This document shows positions 36,812-49,206 of a stretch of DNA of 64,000 bases, one piece after another. Numbering within the stretch: the stretch's first letter is position 1; each line of letters starts with the position of its first letter. The stretch is taken from the NCBI RefSeq assembly GCF_000497125.1, contig NC_090600.1:682001-746000 (forward strand). The letters are read 5' to 3'. Both the position numbers and the translations under genes were made by a program. The DNA is from Spironucleus salmonicida (taxonomy: Eukaryota). The notes beneath the pieces are model-generated. The model was not told the origin of the DNA and searched no databases. It saw nothing but the letters and a program-made list of their open reading frames with translations.

Positions 36812-38445
36812 TCAGATTATAATATTAATAATTTTATTACATTATCTTATAGTTAGTTTACTCCTTCTATTTTATATTAAAGGATCCATCACCTCCTAAG
36901 TTTATGGACGATACCATCTTCTATTTCAAATCTGCATTGCCTATTAATACTTTCGTCGAAGATATTAGGTAATTTTTCGTATAGGTTGTCAAACCTTATT
37001 CAAGATTTAGTTTGTTTTTCTAGTAAAAATGACTTTTTACACATCCTTCAATAATAGGTGTTATCTTAAGAATTGTATAATATTCAAAGAATACGCCACC
37101 CGTGTTATTTCAACATCAAAAGTGGATAACCTGACGTACTCTAATGTCTACTACTGGTTTTCCTATCTCCTTTACATTATATTCATAGGCTAGACAGTAT
37201 ATAGCCTACGAAGTAGTACACGTACTTGTCTTAATATGAATATGCTAATAGCACAGACCTAGCAATCAGTGTATTTTACTGTTGGCATGTGTCAAGGAAA
37301 CTGCCGGAGGTCTAGGATCTATTTTTAAATTTTTATTTCCAGCACAATTTGGATAAAAGTTAAAGAGACAAATTTAAATTGAATTGTCCGCAAATAACTC
37401 ATATTAGCGCGCAGATATCTTCTAATGCTTCAGACTTACATTTTGTATCCAGAGCAGTTGCGAGTAGTGCAAGTGGCATACAGGGAGTAAGCGCTTAAAT
37501 TAACTTAATTTCAGCATTTACTAGAAAAACTAACCCGCTTTTAAAAGTAAAATACGTACATCCATATATTGTATTTCTATAATAAAATTTAGTACAGCCG
37601 GCACTAATAAACAGTGCGCAAGAATGTAAATTATCAATTGGCAGATGTCCTAGCTCTTACTAAATCACCGGAAACCTAGATATGAACGACTAGCAGTGAA
37701 GTTTAGAATGCCGAGTAACTGCCAATATATACTGGCCCGATGCACTACAATGAGCATCTTCTTCTAACCAACTAGACACAGCGACTGATTCGCAGCAATT
37801 TCTCTAGGATAGGTTCACGGTTTTGCTTTAGAGGCACCTACAAATGCGAAAATAATCCGCTTAAGGTCGTATAGTTCTCGTCAAACAGTTTGGCCCGTAT
37901 ATATTCATAGAGTAACTTCGAGTGGGGTGGACGGTCTGTGGCCTTTAAAGTCTCTACCTCTAAAAAGGAAACCTACAGAGCGAATGGGAACTTTTAAAAA
38001 TTAACGTGTAGTGCTGAGGGCGGCACATAAATGTTTGGATCGGATTACGGGCATCTAGTAGTTGCACCGGCAGTGTGATATCCGACTAACAGTACCGTCA
38101 TTGATGGTGAGAGCACTCCGGAGAGTAAAGTTCTACTAGGATGGGTTACAAAATGAGATTTAATGCAAACTCCAATGAACAAACCCGTTCGCAATTCTTC
38201 TATGGCCGGTGGCTTAGCTTAAGGCTGTTGTCTGACCTCTAATCTTATTATGCGCAGCCTAAATCTTCTATTCTCCATGCTTCGCACCGGCCCATCTCTT
38301 TCCTACTCAGCGAGGCGGTGGCGTGCATGCAATTCATAGGCACATGGGCAGAGGGCGTCGCCATCACCGATACTACAATACATAAAAGCCGCGTCCCTCT
38401 GCGAACCTCGACCCTACGCGCCCCTACTCGGATTCCCTTCCCTCA

Positions 38446-39135
38446 ATGATTTCCATCCTGGCAGTCCTCACGCAGCGCCAAGCGCTCGAAGCTATATACG
38501 CGGCCAACGGCGGCGCGAGCTGGAAAGGCTCCGTCGGCTGGAACACCGGCGCCTCTGTGTGCGCCTGGGCCGGCGTGACCTGCAATTCCCAGGGCTACAT
38601 CGTGGGGCTCGACCTTAGCGGCTTCGGGCTCACGGGCCAGCTCGCCGATGTTTTTGATTCCTTCCCAGTCCTGAAGTCCCTGTACATGAACGACCAGAAG
38701 ATGAATACTGCCATCCCCGCCTCATTCTGTACTCTCAGAAGCCTCCAGTACCTCCAGGCCGACAATGCCGGCATCACTGGTGCTATCCCACAGTGCATCT
38801 GCAACCTGGCCTTTGTCCAGTTCGTCTACATGAGCGACAACGACATCACCGGCGCCATCCCTACTTGCATGGGCAACCTGCTCTTCCTCAAGGAGCTCCA
38901 CTTAGCCTGCAACCAGCTTACCGGCACCATCCCCACCGGCTTCGTCGCCCTCAAGTTCCTCATCGAGGTTCACGTTCAATGCAACGCCGACCTCAGCTGC
39001 GAGTCCGGCCTCGCCACCAGACCCAACTTCATCTTCAAGTGCGGCCTCGAGAACTGCGATGACTGCGTCATCCCCGACACCAACTGCCCTCCCAGCGTCA
39101 TCGTCCCCGACTGCGGCGTCTACGTTAGACAGTGA
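38446..39135 (+). CDS. CWP: Cyst wall protein, second identical copy
   Basis: Identical 229-aa translation. Pyrimidine-rich leader ttcccttccctcaATG, ends cAGTGA. Confidence 0.95.
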   Translation: MISILAVLTQRQALEAIYAANGGASWKGSVGWNTGASVCAWAGVTCNSQGYIVGLDLSGFGLTGQLADVFDSFPVLKSLYMNDQKMNTAIPASFCTLRSLQYLQADNAGITGAIPQCICNLAFVQFVYMSDNDITGAIPTCMGNLLFLKELHLACNQLTGTIPTGFVALKFLIEVHVQCNADLSCESGLATRPNFIFKCGLENCDDCVIPDTNCPPSVIVPDCGVYVRQ

Positions 39136-39683
39136 GTCCCTTGCTCTATATTTACTTCACATAATAGTCTCTATGATATAAAATATCACCCAGTTATCAT
39201 AGTTGTTATTCTTAGGGTAAAACTAACCACAACTTGGCAATACAAGCCTTACCTCTACTCTAAACGCATACGTCTAACTAAATATATAATCTTTCAATTC
39301 CATATGTTAAGAATTCAGAAATTGAGACTACTCTGTTTCAAAATTCTTGATAACCAGAGTTGGAAGACGTATTTACCCATTATTGCTAATATATTTCAAA
39401 TCTAAAATAATAAACTTGGTATGCCAAACTTGGACATCTTGTGATCAAGCCTTCCAACTAGTGGAAGATCGGCTGCACCAAGTTAACCTCGACATCGTGT
39501 GAGACTATCATACCAACTTTTGCCTAGCATTATATTGATGGTATTAATAGTTCATCTAGCCTTCTTTGCTCTATATGCTAGTATTTTTACTTCGGGCATG
39601 ATGGTTTCTCACGGTGCCAACCTCAAGCCGCTAGCGATTCTGGCATCCATCACACAATACTAGTAACGAAGTGACTACTTTGC

Positions 39684-41255
39684 TCACAACATCCTCTTAT
39701 TCTCCTGGATCTTAATGTACACCATGAGACCCCCGAAGGAGATGAAAAATACGACTGCGATGACCACCTGAAGTGAGACTATAACAACTAGGTAAATATC
39801 TGTAGAAAAGCTAACTGCGAATTACTTAAAGTCTGTGCGCTGGCCCTGCAGGCTCTCCATGCCTATGAGCACGTAGTCTGGATTGCTGACGTAGAACTTT
39901 GCATACTTGGACAGCACCGCAGAGCAGTCTCCCCCACTAAAAGCATCGCCGCAGCTCATGCACAAGTCCTACTGCACTAGGCTATAGTTAATCTCCAGGT
40001 TCTTCCGCATCGTAAACACTGGCAAAAGTGTACCGAGGAACGGCTAGACTTTTTCTTGCACCCACATGCCTTTAAATTCAACAGGGACAGTAGCGGAAAA
40101 GGTACACGACGTCATCAGGAAGTTGAACTTCACCTTAGCACAGACCTACTTCGAGCTCACGGTGAAATTTATGTAGTTGAAGCAAGAGACCGTGGAGTTA
40201 AGAGAAAAACTCGCCTCTTGTTGCAGCTGGGAGGAATGATCAAACAACGACAGGAAATAATGCGCTATGAACGGGTCTTTTGCGGCAAACATCTCCTCCA
40301 GGATATCCTGGTCGAAATAAAACGAGGCTTGCGGAAAATACAGCGTCTCTGCCACTGTGAAGTTTTTCTTCTGCCCGTACGAAAAGTTCCCCGAAACGAG
40401 GTTGATCTCCATGGTGAGAATCACGTCATCGAGCCCGAAACCACACAACTTGAACTCATCTGCCAGGAAGCTAGTGATGGCCGCCTGCTACGTGACAAAA
40501 ACTGTGATCCCTAGCTTTTCCATGCAGCTTTGGTACCTAGGCGTGTAGTAGTTCTGCACCCCGCCCTGCACTGATACCTGAATATCGCTGACCACGTAGT
40601 TGATCACCAGCTTCATAGGCATGGTCCGGAACTCCCGAAAGTCCTCTATGAACTTGTTGCATGCCTGCACCTCCTCTTCCGTGAAAACCCCCACGCAGGG
40701 CCTCTCGAACTATGTCGTGGCCAGGTGGTTGTAGTCCTCCGAGTCGTAGTTGCCCCCGGACTTGATGGTTATCGAGTTCCAAACGCCGGATATGTTTTGG
40801 TACATCAAGGTGGCCTGGACCTGCTTGGCGAATTGGCAGGTGGCCGGAACGACGATTATGGCGAACCCGATGTTGCCGAGATCGGCAGAGTAGCCCAGCG
40901 ACACCGACTCCCAGCAGTTTGTGAGGTTCTGGTTCGTGAACTGGATTTTGGTGAAGGAGCTTTGTAGCACCTCGCCCGACTGCATCGTCACCGAGAACTG
41001 GCCCATCGTCTGCGAAAGCGCCGTTGCAAAAATGGCGGGGTCGACCCTTTTAGTGAATACCAGCTCGTCCTTGTGGAACACCACGTCCTGCGGTGCGAGA
41101 GTGGTCGACGGGCCTAGCTGCAGGGAAATGGCCACATTGAGCTTGTCCAGCTCATCGCATGCCTCTGGATATATTATGAGCTACAGGTCGTTCGTCTGTC
41201 CAATTCCTGACAGGGTGTTGTTGCGAAGGGAGCAGTCCAGAAGCGTGAGCAGCAT
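39684..41255 (-). CDS. Hypothetical type-I membrane protein, 523 aa (mirror of 29598..31169)
   Basis: Reverse-complement copy in the right arm of IR2. Confidence 0.85.
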
Positions 41256-42143
41256 TTAGCAAATAGTTTTTGTGCTAATATGGTATAATAATGAGTATAA
41301 TTGTTCCATTAAAAAGTATTATTTAGGTGCACGTTGTGAAATATCGCAGCGACGCGGTCCAGGGTACTATTCACGAAACATAAGGTATGCACCAGCTTAG
41401 AAAAACCAAGCTTCGCAAATGTCAATGCACCCAACTGCACCCCCATGGCTAGGCCTAGCCGTGCTCCGCGAAAAACCAGTATCTCGCGCATCCCAATCGC
41501 CCGCTCCGCCCAAGTCGTTAATGTTTCAGCCTTGCGCCGCTCCTGCTTTGGCCAAGTTCGCACGGGCGAGGATGCTAACTGGGCAGTTGATGGCAAACTT
41601 GGCCTCAAAGACACCAGAGGAGACTGCATGGCGCACGGCACCTTGTCCCCTCAATTTTGTGCAGGGAACGGTATCGGATGCTGCTATAGGAGCCCTGCGT
41701 ATGCACGAGATATGCGAGATATGCGAGGCCTACTGGTCCTTCATGATTGCCCCGAGCAAATCTTAGGATTTTAGGCAACGTGATACCATGTAAAACTTGG
41801 CCATTTGCGTGAAACGGAGCGGTCGCAACAGGCGCTCTTGGCCGCAGTCTTAGCACTTACCAAACCCACCTCAGCCGGGAACTACACTATAGGGCGAGGC
41901 GCGTGCACCTGTCGCGGATTTACTATGGTACTGTTCGTTGCGCAGAGTTTCTAATGCACTGCTACCCAAGTCCCCTGACGCTGCCAGTGACTGGTTCACC
42001 GGTGCGCCCGACTCGTTCTATCGGCGGTACCAGATACCACTTAGCACGCGATTTAAAGCCATCATGTTCTAAAAGTAAATACTATAATCGTAAAAATAAC
42101 GCAAATTGCTAAAAATATATACAAATATTACAAAATAATAAAC

Positions 42144-45100
42144 TCATATATAGTCCGTCTCAGATGCTTCATGCTATATGTCTTCAATACTATCAAACTT
42201 GTTAATTTATCTATCAAACTAGATGGCTGCAACCCGAAGATTTCTAACCTAAGAAACATCTAGATTTCGTACCTATTTAGTAATTTTAACATCTTTACTA
42301 AATGAAGGCATAACTTACTAGCTCAAAATAAAAGAGCGAGAAGATTAAAGTTTTTAAATACCGTTGCGAAAACTTCCAATACTCTATAAAGAACTTAAGT
42401 TGACCTTAGATGAATTTTATAGAACTCGAGTTGAATTTAAAACACCTAGACCAATTCCTGTATCTTTATTATATGAAAATTATTTCATCGATTAGCAACC
42501 CGTAGTAGGGTCTAGTTTGGACAATACTTGCAGAGAATATGCATTTTGTAGATACTTTTTCTTGTTTAGTTTATCTGAAATAACAAGATGCACGCCGTTG
42601 TACATTTTTTTCCCGTCTTATTTCATTGAATTATGGACTTCATTATCTCTTCTGGAGTAACAATTGAAAATAATTAAAGCTGCTATCACCAGTATCAATG
42701 AAAATGTAGTAACAATAACTGTAAATAAAGATCCTGGAACAAAATTAACATTGCCTTCATGATAATTTCCTACGGAAACAAAAAATTCAACCCAAATTGC
42801 AGAAGTAATGGAATTAATTGCAAACTCAACTGCTGAAATTTTGAGCATGACAATAACCATAACCACATTAAAAATAACCTATGTTCCTAAGCAGAAAATA
42901 AATACTTTAGTATTAAATACTGCAGCAATAATCCTTTAAGGTTCAATCATAAAAACAACTCCATAAAGAAGAAAATTGGCGAATGCTAGCCTGAGAATTG
43001 CCATAAGTCCTTCGTACTGGGATAAAACAACCTCATAAACATAAAATTGCGAACCTAAAATAATAATATCCACACCAGTCATAATTTGTCCTAAAGATAT
43101 GGTTCCCGCAGAAACACCAGAAAAGAAGTTTGGTGATGTTGCTTCGCCAATTGCGAATGCTACTTAAAATATGATTGGCAGTGAAAGAGCTATGAAAATA
43201 GTAATAATTTAGATGTTCCTAAATTTGTATCCCGCAAAGAAAATGAACATCAGCAGCACGACTGGAGGTGAAGCCAATTTATAAATTGACTGACTGACCT
43301 CCAGCTACTCAGGGACCAGGAAATAGGCTATAGAGTGGAATACAAGCTCAATCAGCGCAACAGATAAAAATATGAAATAATCCTACCTGTGGTTATAGCT
43401 GAAAAATTTATATTTAGGTAGCGCCGCGATGCAGTAGAATACTACAAATGGCATAGATGAGAACAAATTTGTAGATGCCTGCATATAAAAGTCGTTGATA
43501 TACACGTCTTAAAATGCTATAATAATAGCTAAAATTTGAGCCAAAATGACATAAATAAGCCGTTTTGAGATAACTCGAAGGTTTCGTTTTAGGAATAGTA
43601 TCAGCTGATTTTATTTAAGTTTAGATAAGCAGAACGGAATTGTTATACAAATCGCAATAATAAAGATAAGAATTAACGGGAAAACATAAATTTTCCATTG
43701 TCCTTTCAATATTTCCTTAATGCACATCTCATTATCTAGCAAATAACCACTATTGCAGGCATTGCATTTTGGTGTATCCTCTTCAATATAGCAAACTCCA
43801 ATATCGTGCAGTACCATTTCGCAGCAGCAGAGAGCGAATCGTTAGTCAATGGCACAATTACACTGAGTGAACCCCTTGACACAAGAATTACAGGTATCAC
43901 CAGACCATCCCAGTTCGCAGGCTTAACATTTTATTAAATTTTGCGAGATAATACACTCGCCACGGTACCGTGCCATTTCTGGAAGAATATGCTACCAACA
44001 ACTGCCGTTAATCAACTGAAGCCCCGTAGTACAGTCAAAGCAAGTTTCTTAGGAGATGCTGGCTAGCAGGCAGTCTTCGTCGTTGCAGATGATAAAATTG
44101 TCTTAAATATAGCATCTTCCAGGGCTCATCGGAGCGTGAACACGGCATTCGTCAAAAGTGAAATCTAGGGAGCAATAGGAACAATTGAACGACAAATTTG
44201 TTGATTCACATTCTTAGCAAAACACTTCTTAGGTGGCCTCAGACTCACCACAATCTCCAGGTTTTATACAGTACGAGCCTAAAATTGATGTCGGGGCTTC
44301 ACATTCAAAGCAGTTCCCTGTGTAGCCCACAGCGCAGGTTAGACATAAAATAGTAGCTCCAGCATACCAGCACTCTCCCTGAACACAAGATCCACATATG
44401 GCAACGCACGCATCCGTCCCAAGAACAAGCTAATGCTCGTCATCTAAAGTTTTTGTATCTATAAACCCAGGTGCACAGATAGTACATTTTCCTCCTGGAT
44501 CCTTCTGATATCCTAGTGCACATGAATCGCAGTAAGGTAATGCATATTATATCTTACATTATCGACAAAACATATCAGTTACATCATTTGCGTTGTAAAA
44601 GCAATCTCCTTCTTCTATATTAGCTGAAACATAGCAATTAAAATTTATTTCTAGTTCTGCACATGATTAACATACTTAACCTGTAAATCCAGGATAACAT
44701 GTACAAACTGTAATTTACCCATTCTTTATACATTCTCCGTTAGGATTCGGTACTCTAATAACACAGTGACCTTCGAATAAAATATATCCCACATTACACG
44801 AAATGCAATTATACGAAGATTAATTATAATAGCATTCTCCAGGACATGAATTTGTAATACATCTATCATAACAAACCTAATCAATTAGGATACGATCTTC
44901 ATTGCATTTTAAACATACTACGGAACTGGAATCATCTATATAACATTAATCATCAGTAACCTATGGAAGGCACTATATATTCACTAATACAAATCCATCT
45001 AAGCAAAGGGAACATTGAGTTCCTATCAGACCATTATTACAAGATATACAAACAATTTCATCCTTTACAATATAGCAATCACCTTAGACACAGTGTGGAC

Positions 45101-48100
45101 AACCTTAATAGCAACCGTCCAAAATACTAATATAACCGCTAGAGGAATCGCACTCAATACATGATATACCAATATACCCTGGTAAACATATATTACAAGT
45201 AATTTCTTCTTCATTTATATAACATTATTTACCATTACAATCTTGACACATTTCAAAACAAAAATCGCCAACTTTAGTAAACCCATCATTACAATAATCG
45301 CATTAATCTCCTTAATATCCATCATTACATAAAATACATTCAATTTTTTTTAAAAGATTCTCATAGCAATCTCCATTGCAATCTTCACACTTTAAGACGC
45401 AACCGTTATTGATCTTTAAATAAGGTTCAACACAATCAGTACAACGGAACCCTGAATAAGGAAAAATACATCCTTAACAAATATTTCCACTATCACTTTC
45501 AATAAATTTAACATTCTGGCAGTCACACGTGATGCCATTACAATCACAAAGTGGACAAGTTAATATACAAATATTTGATTTTGATTTGTCGCTTAATGTA
45601 CTATTTAGCTTATATATAGATGCATAATGGATATTTCCAACTAGTTATATTTATACAAAATCTATCGTATTAAATGGTAGTGCCAAACTACAATCATCTA
45701 AGCAATAACCTTTGTATCTATATAAAATATCTTTACATTTACATTCTTTATCAATGCAATCTGTCTAGTTACAATCTCCAGGATGTATGCAAAGAAAATC
45801 TTCGCATTACTCACCATTGAACCCTGCATCACAAGTAATACCCGTTTAATTACATTTTCCATTATATATTTCAGGACATTAAAAACAACCCTCATATTAA
45901 AGGAAGTAGTTATCTTAACATTAACAAATATTAGATACACAAATAAACATTGAATCGCAAGAATTTACCGAACAATCCTTTGTATCACATTTTACAACTA
46001 AATCAATATACCCTGGAATACATTAACAAGAATTATCTGGTAAGCAAGTTCCAAAAATACAAATATCTTTATCACATTTTTAATTGCATTTTTTATCAAT
46101 CAAAACGTAATTTTCATCACATTTTAAGCAAATAATATCGGTACCAATATAAAGACAAATCCCATTCCCACCGAAAAACTAATTTCTACATTCCCAGTCA
46201 TAAAAAATCAATTGGTCTGGACACTAATTACATTTATTTCCAGAAACTGGAATGATACAAGAGCTACAGATGAAAGCACATATATTAGGATCTAGACTGT
46301 CACATTATGCTAAAAACCAACATTCTCCACTTAAACATACTTAACACTTTTGCATACACTAAAATTTATTGAGTTCATAACCTATTTCACATTAATCACA
46401 CATTTACCCTGTATGTGGAAATTAACAATCTTAACATTTCCAGACATCTGATATTATACCAGATTCATAATAACACTAATCACCAAATTCACAAAAGCCA
46501 TTTATGCATGCCAATTTACAGAGACCATCAATCCTTTCTAAACCAGATATACAATTTTCACAGCTAAGTCCAGTAGAATATTCTCCACACTAACATATTC
46601 CACCTTCACAGTCCATACTATTACAATCAGATTTTACAAAGCAACGAATGCTATCACAAGGAGAACTAATGCTTACAAATGATGGGTAACAGGCACAAAA
46701 ATCATTTACACAAACACCATTATTACAAAGTTTTTAACAATTATTTTGACATGTGAGGAATGGTGAGGGATTACAAATTTAGGTATTAAAACATTAAGTA
46801 CATAGTGAAGTAGTACAAAATTGACCTGAATAAAATTAAGAACATTAACATCCTAATTCGCTACAAGTTCCAGATCCACATGAAGCAAGTTCGCAATCTA
46901 AATTTTCACAATTTTAACCTGTATAATTAGTTTCACAAATAGAAACCTAGGAATTCTTAAAACCATGACAATCAAAGGCACATAAATTCGGCATATCTAA
47001 TAATATTGCCATCTACTGAGAAAGTTAGAATGGGTACATTAATGAATTAATTTCTAATGAATTATCTGCTGAAAATCCATAAAAATCTACAAGATGTACC
47101 ATTTATTAATTTAAATCATCTAATATCCAAAACTCAGACTTAAGAAGTTTTTATAAAAAGGATGGAGACTTTAACTAAGCTTCTGAAACACAATTAGAAC
47201 CACATTTTTTACCTCCTAGATTGAGTTCATATACATTTTCATCATTCATGAGAGCTGGTAAAAGACGGACTATACCATGTGTTTTAGAATATCTTGAATA
47301 CCCAATGACATTTCTAATTTTATTTCCTAATATAGCTGTATAAATCATATAAGAAACATTTCCTTTTTTATCATTAATTATTTGGATATTTATCATTCCA
47401 TTATAAACATCCGACGCTTAGATATGTTTGACTATGCCAGAAATTACCCATCTACCTTATGCTTACACTGGCCCTGTAATAATGAAATATTCTACCCTAG
47501 ATGAGTGCAATTTTTCAGAAAATCCTGAATAGTAAGACCACAGCGTACCTGACTAAATTAATACTATATTTTATTAAATAACAATATTACGAAATAAACA
47601 ATCTTTTGACTACTAAACTGCAGCACTCAGTGACACCTGCTTGTTAAAAGCAACGTTTAAATCAATATGAACTACAACGTTGCTAACTTATGATTTTTCT
47701 AAATTTGTCACAATCCCTCCAACCCAACATGCTTTAGAGGTCTTAGTATCTGATCTATATCTGAATTTAATCTGAATTTAATTCATAGTTGCTGGTTTAG
47801 CACTCTGGCCGATTACTCCACCATATCTACTCTTACCACCGTTACCGGTCAAATCAATTTCAACATAAATCTGGTTCAAAATAGATGATGAATCTTTGGC
47901 GAATACGCCAGCTACAAAATTATCCCCAGTGCAGCTTACTACCAAATTAAGAATAACTGAGCAATTATACACCTGCAAAGTATCCCCTTTAGACGAAATT
48001 CCGCCAACCATAGTGTCCTCTGCAATAATGGTGCAGTTTAACAATACAATCGCATTTTGGACAGCACAGTTTTTACAAACACCAGCTATTTCTACACCTT

Positions 48101-48938
48101 CACCTACGTTAATAAGCGCTCTTATCAAAATTTGTATCATCTTTATTTGCCCCTATCCGGTACTGGATACACCAAAAATGTTTATCGAATTTTTAGATGT
48201 AATTTAGACTTCAATGTGCTGAATTACATTAACTCCGTGGTCAACGCAAAGACCATATATGGACTCAGCCTCTGAATAAATCTTAATTACTAAATTCTGA
48301 ACATTTAAACCTATTTTTTTACAACCACCCGAGACATGTTCAGAGCCACCTTTATCGTTAATCAGTATTGTGCCCTGAAAGGCTCCATTCAGATTTTCAG
48401 AAATTCCGTAAATAAGCATAATTTTTTATTGATTTGTGATGTTTATTTGAATTTATTTAACATTATTTTAAGCAGAATTGTCGAATTAGCTGCTTAAGCC
48501 TGACAATTTATTATTGAATCTTGTATTAAGAATAATATTGATTTAAGCATTAAATAGGTTAGAATTCGATATCTAACCTATTGGAGAGAGAAGCCTTTAG
48601 TCAGATTTCGACGTTATCTTCATATAGATATTATCTATACTTCCAGATGTTACTCTAGCTAGTACGTTGATCGAATAATCTGACTGCACAAAAATTTATA
48701 TGTCGCGTAGGCTGCCTTAAAATCTATCAAAAAGCTTTGAATTAGAGTTTTTATACTCAAGGTACAGATAGTTTTTTGCTCCTGAGAAGGTACCCTTGAA
48801 AAACTAAACCTCCTGGGATATTACATCAAAGGTAAGGTTAGTATTTAAAACAAAATAGTCATTAATATTTTTGTTCATTAGGCCAAAATCTTCATGCGTG
48901 TTTATCATTAGAACCTATAGTGTAGCGAAGGCTATCAT
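42144..48938 (-). CDS. Giant cysteine-rich membrane protein with a C-terminal multi-pass (DMT-like) domain, 2264 aa
   Basis: Track fragments 48204, 47778, 47175, 43611 and 42618 share one frame. A manual scan found no in-frame TGA between ATG 48938 and TGA 42144. CxxC/CxC repeats at about 43720-47000 and about 11 hydrophobic segments at about 42660-43700. Confidence 0.85.
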
Positions 48939-49206
48939 TAGTTTATTATGGACTACCTAGTATTATATAGAATTATAAACAATTACTATTAAAGAAAAAA
49001 TATATTATAAGTTAGTACTAAATACCAACTTCTAAAATTAAAGGTGTAGAAAAATTAAATTTTATATCATTATTATACAATATATATTATAATTAACCAT
49101 TCAATAAAAATAATTTAGTTATTACTATCTTTGACCCACGATTGCAATTTGAAGCGCACCAAAACCGCCCCTACCCCAACAACCAAGCAAAGTGAAAAAA
49201 CCAGCC

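Larger units (their letters stand above)
35933..42074. repeat. Right arm of inverted repeat 2
   Basis: Reverse complement of 28779-34920, with at least three substitutions (29134/41719, 29234/41619, 29281/41572). Confidence 0.97.

Noticed and set aside
38300-38445. Giardia Myb2 site C(T/A)ACAG in the proximal CWP promoter
   Set aside because: Only near matches (CTACAA, CTACGC, CTACTC). The exact CTACAG is about 470 bp upstream and could be chance.
28779-42074. Palindrome as a giant TIR transposon (Polinton-like)
   Set aside because: The arms hold ordinary host genes and cut through a host gene. No integrase or polymerase is present.
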